Shown here: positions 59,826-64,000 of the stretch, piece after piece
How the letters are laid out: each line of letters begins with the position of its first letter
How positions within the stretch are numbered: the stretch's first letter is position 1
From: Octopus bimaculoides
Lineage: Eukaryota
DNA length: 64,000 nucleotides
Direction: 5' to 3'
Assembly (NCBI RefSeq): GCF_001194135.2
Contig: NC_068989.1
Coordinates: forward strand, 49,388,585-49,452,584
Position numbers and translations under genes: made by a program
Notes under the pieces: generated by a model
Database searches by the model: none
Seen by the model: the letters and a program-made list of their open reading frames with translations, nothing else
What the model was told of the DNA's origin: nothing

Positions 59826-62407
59826 CAGTTTACATTTTATTAAGACACACTTCAAATCCCAAAAGTTAGTCTTGCTTTCCATGGTCAATAAAATAAATAC
59901 TAGCTGAGTAATGAATTGATCTAATTGACCATATTTATCCTTCTAATTTTAAACATTATACCTATGTTGGAAATGAATATATTATATACATTTCTATATA
60001 AATATTTATGAAGTGATATTTATCCTAATCAGGTTACTAGATAATGGGTCAATGGTTTCTATCTTTAACACCAATACTGTGCTGCATTCATAGCCAACAT
60101 AGGTGTTAAAATTTGCCAGTTCAGTCTATGTACCTGTAAACAGCATGAGAACATATAGTTCACTGTTTATAGCAGTTGGAGAACAATCAAAGCCTCTTAT
60201 GGGTATGAGATGACATAGAAGCATTCAAACTACATTTATATTCCAATCAATTTTCAATCTTTTGCAACCAACTGGTCTCATTGTGAATAAATCTTGTATC
60301 CTCTTTGTAACTTGGCTAATGTCTTGGATTCTTTTCTTTCTTTTTTCCTTTATACATGTTCATGTAGTCTTAAGCATATTAAGAACATGTTAGTACCAGT
60401 AACTACAAAAACTTCAGTAATCAGTCATTATATTAGAAAACACAGAGTAAAAGAAACAGAAATATCACAAATTCTACTAATGGCATTTGGATGACATTGG
60501 TTAAAGTTTATTAAAGTGATATATTTAAACAGCTTTGCATAACTTGTCATTAATAAAAATTTTTTTAATAAAATGAAATAAAACTATTTCACAAATAGAA
60601 AATATAAATCAATAATTCAGAACAAAATATTTTAGTTGAACAATTTATAAAGAAAAACAGAATTCATACTTGCAAGCAAAATGTTACATTAACTGTTGTA
60701 AAATCTAACCAATATACCAACAATTTTCAGGTTCTTCATCAAGGAAATATATATTTTGTCATTTTACAAGAGATAGCAAAATATTCATAGTCACCTAACC
60801 AAATCAACATTCTTAGAAATCAGTGCCAAAAATCACAGCTTTACATTCTTTGAGAAATTTAAAAGAAAAGGCAGAGCTAAAGAATTATATTGATTTCTAA
60901 AGAATACAGATCTAATAATAGGTAGAATAATCAGTAATATAGTTGTAATTTCATTCCCACCCCCACCCCCACTTCACTTCATCATATTTTCATCTGTGTT
61001 TTTCTATGTTCCCATGGTTTGAATAGATCTTCTAAGCAACATCTTTCATCTCATTCACTTCACAAAGGTGGTAACATTTTCAGCTTTACAAAGATGTTTA
61101 CAACTGGATGCTTTTCAGAATTTAGCAAGGGTAGGAAACATGGGAAGCTAACATTGATTGAAAAATACAGAGAGAAAAAAAATGACAAAAAACAACAAAA
61201 AACTGTTATTTGAGATTAGCAACCATGCATTACCATCAATAGAAATGTGAGCTGTTGAATTTCCAATAACACAGCACAAGATCTATTTTTGAATCAAAAT
61301 GAACAAAAATGAAATAAAATAAATAAAAAATGATTTTCCTAATGATTTCTCATAATATATAAAACTATGCTAAAAGTTCAATACAAACCAAAAGTCATAA
61401 ATTAATAAATAAACGAATGAATAATACATCAGAAACATAAAGAAAGCCTTTTAAATTTACAAAGAGGATCTTTGTTTTAAATAACAAAAGCTCCAATCAT
61501 TGGCTTTTCAGTTTGGAGATGATTAAGTCAACAGGAAAACTAGCAATCATAGCACCGTAAAAGAGATAATGAATAACATTGGCAACCTACATGAATATTG
61601 AACGAATTTCAAACCTAATTTTTCGATAATAAGAGCTCGATGCAGTTGGAAGAAGAGAGCATTTGCTTTATCTTTCAATAAATTTCCAACACACGGAGGA
61701 AAAAAAAAAAAAAAGTAAAAGTATGNNNNNNNNNNNNNNNNNNNNNNNNNNNNNNNNNNNNNNNNNNNNNNNNNNNNNNNNNNNNNNNNNNNNNNNNNNN
61801 NNNNNNNNNNNNNNNNNNNNNNNNNNNNNNNNNNNNNNNNNNNNNNNNNNNNNNNNNNNNNNNNNNNNNNNNNNNNNNNNNNNNNNNNNNNNNNNNNNNN
61901 NNNNNNNNNNNNNNNNNNNNNNNNNNNNNNNNNNNNNNNNNNNNNNNNNNNNNNNNNNNNNNNNNNNNNNNNNNNNNNNNNNNNNNNNNNNNNNNNNNNN
62001 NNNNNNNNNNNNNNNNNNNNNNNNNNNNNNNNNNNNNNNNNNNNNNNNNNNNNNNNNNNNNNNNNNNNNNNNNNNNNNNNNNNNNNNNNNNNNNNNNNNN
62101 NNNNNNNNNNNNNNNNNNNNNNNNNNNNNNNNNNNNNNNNNNNNNNNNNNNNNNNNNNNNNNNNNNNNNNNNNNNNNNNNNNNNNNNNNNNNNNNNNNNN
62201 NNNNNNNNNNNNNNNNNNNNNNNNNNNNNNNNNNNNNNNNNNNNNNNNNNNNNNNNNNNNNNNNNNNNNNNNNNNNNNNNNNNNNNNNNNNNNNNNNNNN
62301 NNNNNNNNNNNNNNNNNNNNNNNNNNNNNNNNNNNNNNNNNNNNNNNNNNNNNNNNNNNNNNNNNNNNNNNNNNNNNNNNNNNNNNNNNNNNNNNACATA
62401 TATATGC

Positions 62408-62444
<37 letters not shown>

Positions 62445-64000
62445 TATAAATATACACACACACACACATACCTATATATGTTAAAATGAGGTTATCATTT
62501 TAAAAGCTACTTTAAGAATAACAGCACCTGTACTGATGGGGTAATTCTATACTGAAGTCAAAGTCAAATTTATTGTAAAGTTTCAATGAACACAAACTTT
62601 ATAACACACACATACATACACACACATGGAGGCATACAGAAGGGAATAAATGAAGCAGACAGACTGCAAGTCATTGTAGTCTTCATCATAGTGGTTAGAA
62701 ATAAGATAGGGTAGCCAACCACTAAAAACCATGCCAACGACTGCTTCCCCAAAAAAGAAAAAAATATATTAACATACCTAACAGCAAGGGTATGTGGTTT
62801 TATCTGCATCTGCCTACTAGTGGACAAAGAGTAGTGAAAGTTATTCAACCCACAGCAACATGAAAAAAGCAGCTGTAGAATAATGTGCATGTGTACATGT
62901 GCATGCATGTATGTAGACATATATATAAAAAAAGAAGAAGGGAGTTAGAATTTTGGATAATTCTTATATATATATATATATATATATACATATCTGAAGA
63001 GTTTGGATGAACAAAAACGCTAATAAAGAATTATCCAAAATTCTGACTGCCTCCTTCTTATTAATATACACCACTTCAAACACTCTATACATATCACCAT
63101 CATCATCCCCATTTAACGTCCATATATGTAATTTTTTGGACTAATGAGTATATATCAATTGGTGTATTGAGTAAAGACTAGTACCAAATCTATCTTGTTT
63201 CTTTCCACAACCATACATAGAGACATAACATACATGCACTTATTATGCATATACGTAACCACACACACACACACACACTTCACAGTAAATATATTTAAGT
63301 TGCAAATTTATTAGAAGTTATTAACCAAAGACTGACTACTTGCTAAAATTATAATAGATAACTTGTTACCTAAGAAGCACATTTACCTGTTGTTCTTGTT
63401 ATTGTCTGGCCCAAACTCAGGTCAGTTCAATCAGACCACACAGCTATACCTGTTGTGAATATGCATACTTATTAGAATGTTAAAGATTACAATGAAGGGC
63501 TTCCCTTCACTTATAAGAAAATATCACTGGAAATCCTATTTATGATATGCAAATATCTTCTTAATATTAATTCTTTTGCTTCATGTTGAAGACATACATT
63601 GAGCATTAAGCAGATAAAAGGTGTTTAGCAAGTATGTTTGAAGTCTTTAAATGCATTCCTAAGAGAGGAAAGATAAGATTATTACAAATAAGGTAAGATT
63701 TTGCCTATACCCCGCAACAATATATAAGATTGTTCTTCCTGTTGATCTCCTACTGTATAATTTGCTTTATATATTTGAATATCACACCAAGCACCTGTTA
63801 TACTGCAATTACTACTCTATAGCCTCAAGGGTCAATTGTATTATTCATCGTTCTTTAATGCATATTTAATGCTAATCTTGTTCTATTCAAAATGCATACT
63901 ATCTAGCTATAATTTGCATGTGCTCAAGTACATGTGCATGTATGTATGTACAAATAGGCAAGATTACTACCATACATATACATATATATATACATACACA

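Noticed and set aside
4196-62484. Long ORFs containing X runs (e.g. 4196-4954, 8454-8984, 51473-51975, 52682-53719, 57460-57888, 61547-62484)
   Set aside because: They are open only because they cross N gaps and microsatellites.
1-64000. CRISPR arrays, operons or other prokaryotic systems
   Set aside because: The sequence is eukaryotic repeat-rich DNA; no regularly spaced repeat-spacer array or compact gene cluster is present.

Overview
AT-rich eukaryotic (metazoan) scaffold with 8 N-gaps and dense microsatellites. The repeat families look from memory like those of Octopus (tRNA-CORE SINEs, Nin/Deu-type SINEs, (GAT)n-tailed elements); this assignment is inferred, not database-checked. No host protein-coding gene can be called with confidence. 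The window is mostly intronic or intergenic DNA full of transposon relics: RTE, CR1 and R4/Dong LINE fragments, an internally deleted mariner, two TTAA/piggyBac-type MITE families and a Merlin-type MITE with an 8-bp TSD. The best-supported striking structure is a Penelope-like element (RT + GIY-YIG) at 36774-39652, bounded by a 14-bp target duplication and built as an inverted deleted arm plus a near-full-length arm. Each terminal repeat carries a tRNA-like Pol III head (A/B boxes), an (AAT)n spacer and a minimal hammerhead ribozyme. A second Penelope-like family left hammerhead relics at about 670 and 7956. A CpG-retaining AT-rich island at about 28.7-31.6 kb contains a long foldback, a 23-bp inverted repeat with divergent TATA boxes and a 220-bp tandem duplication with a first-exon-like signature (E-box, AAACATGGCG, GT donor).
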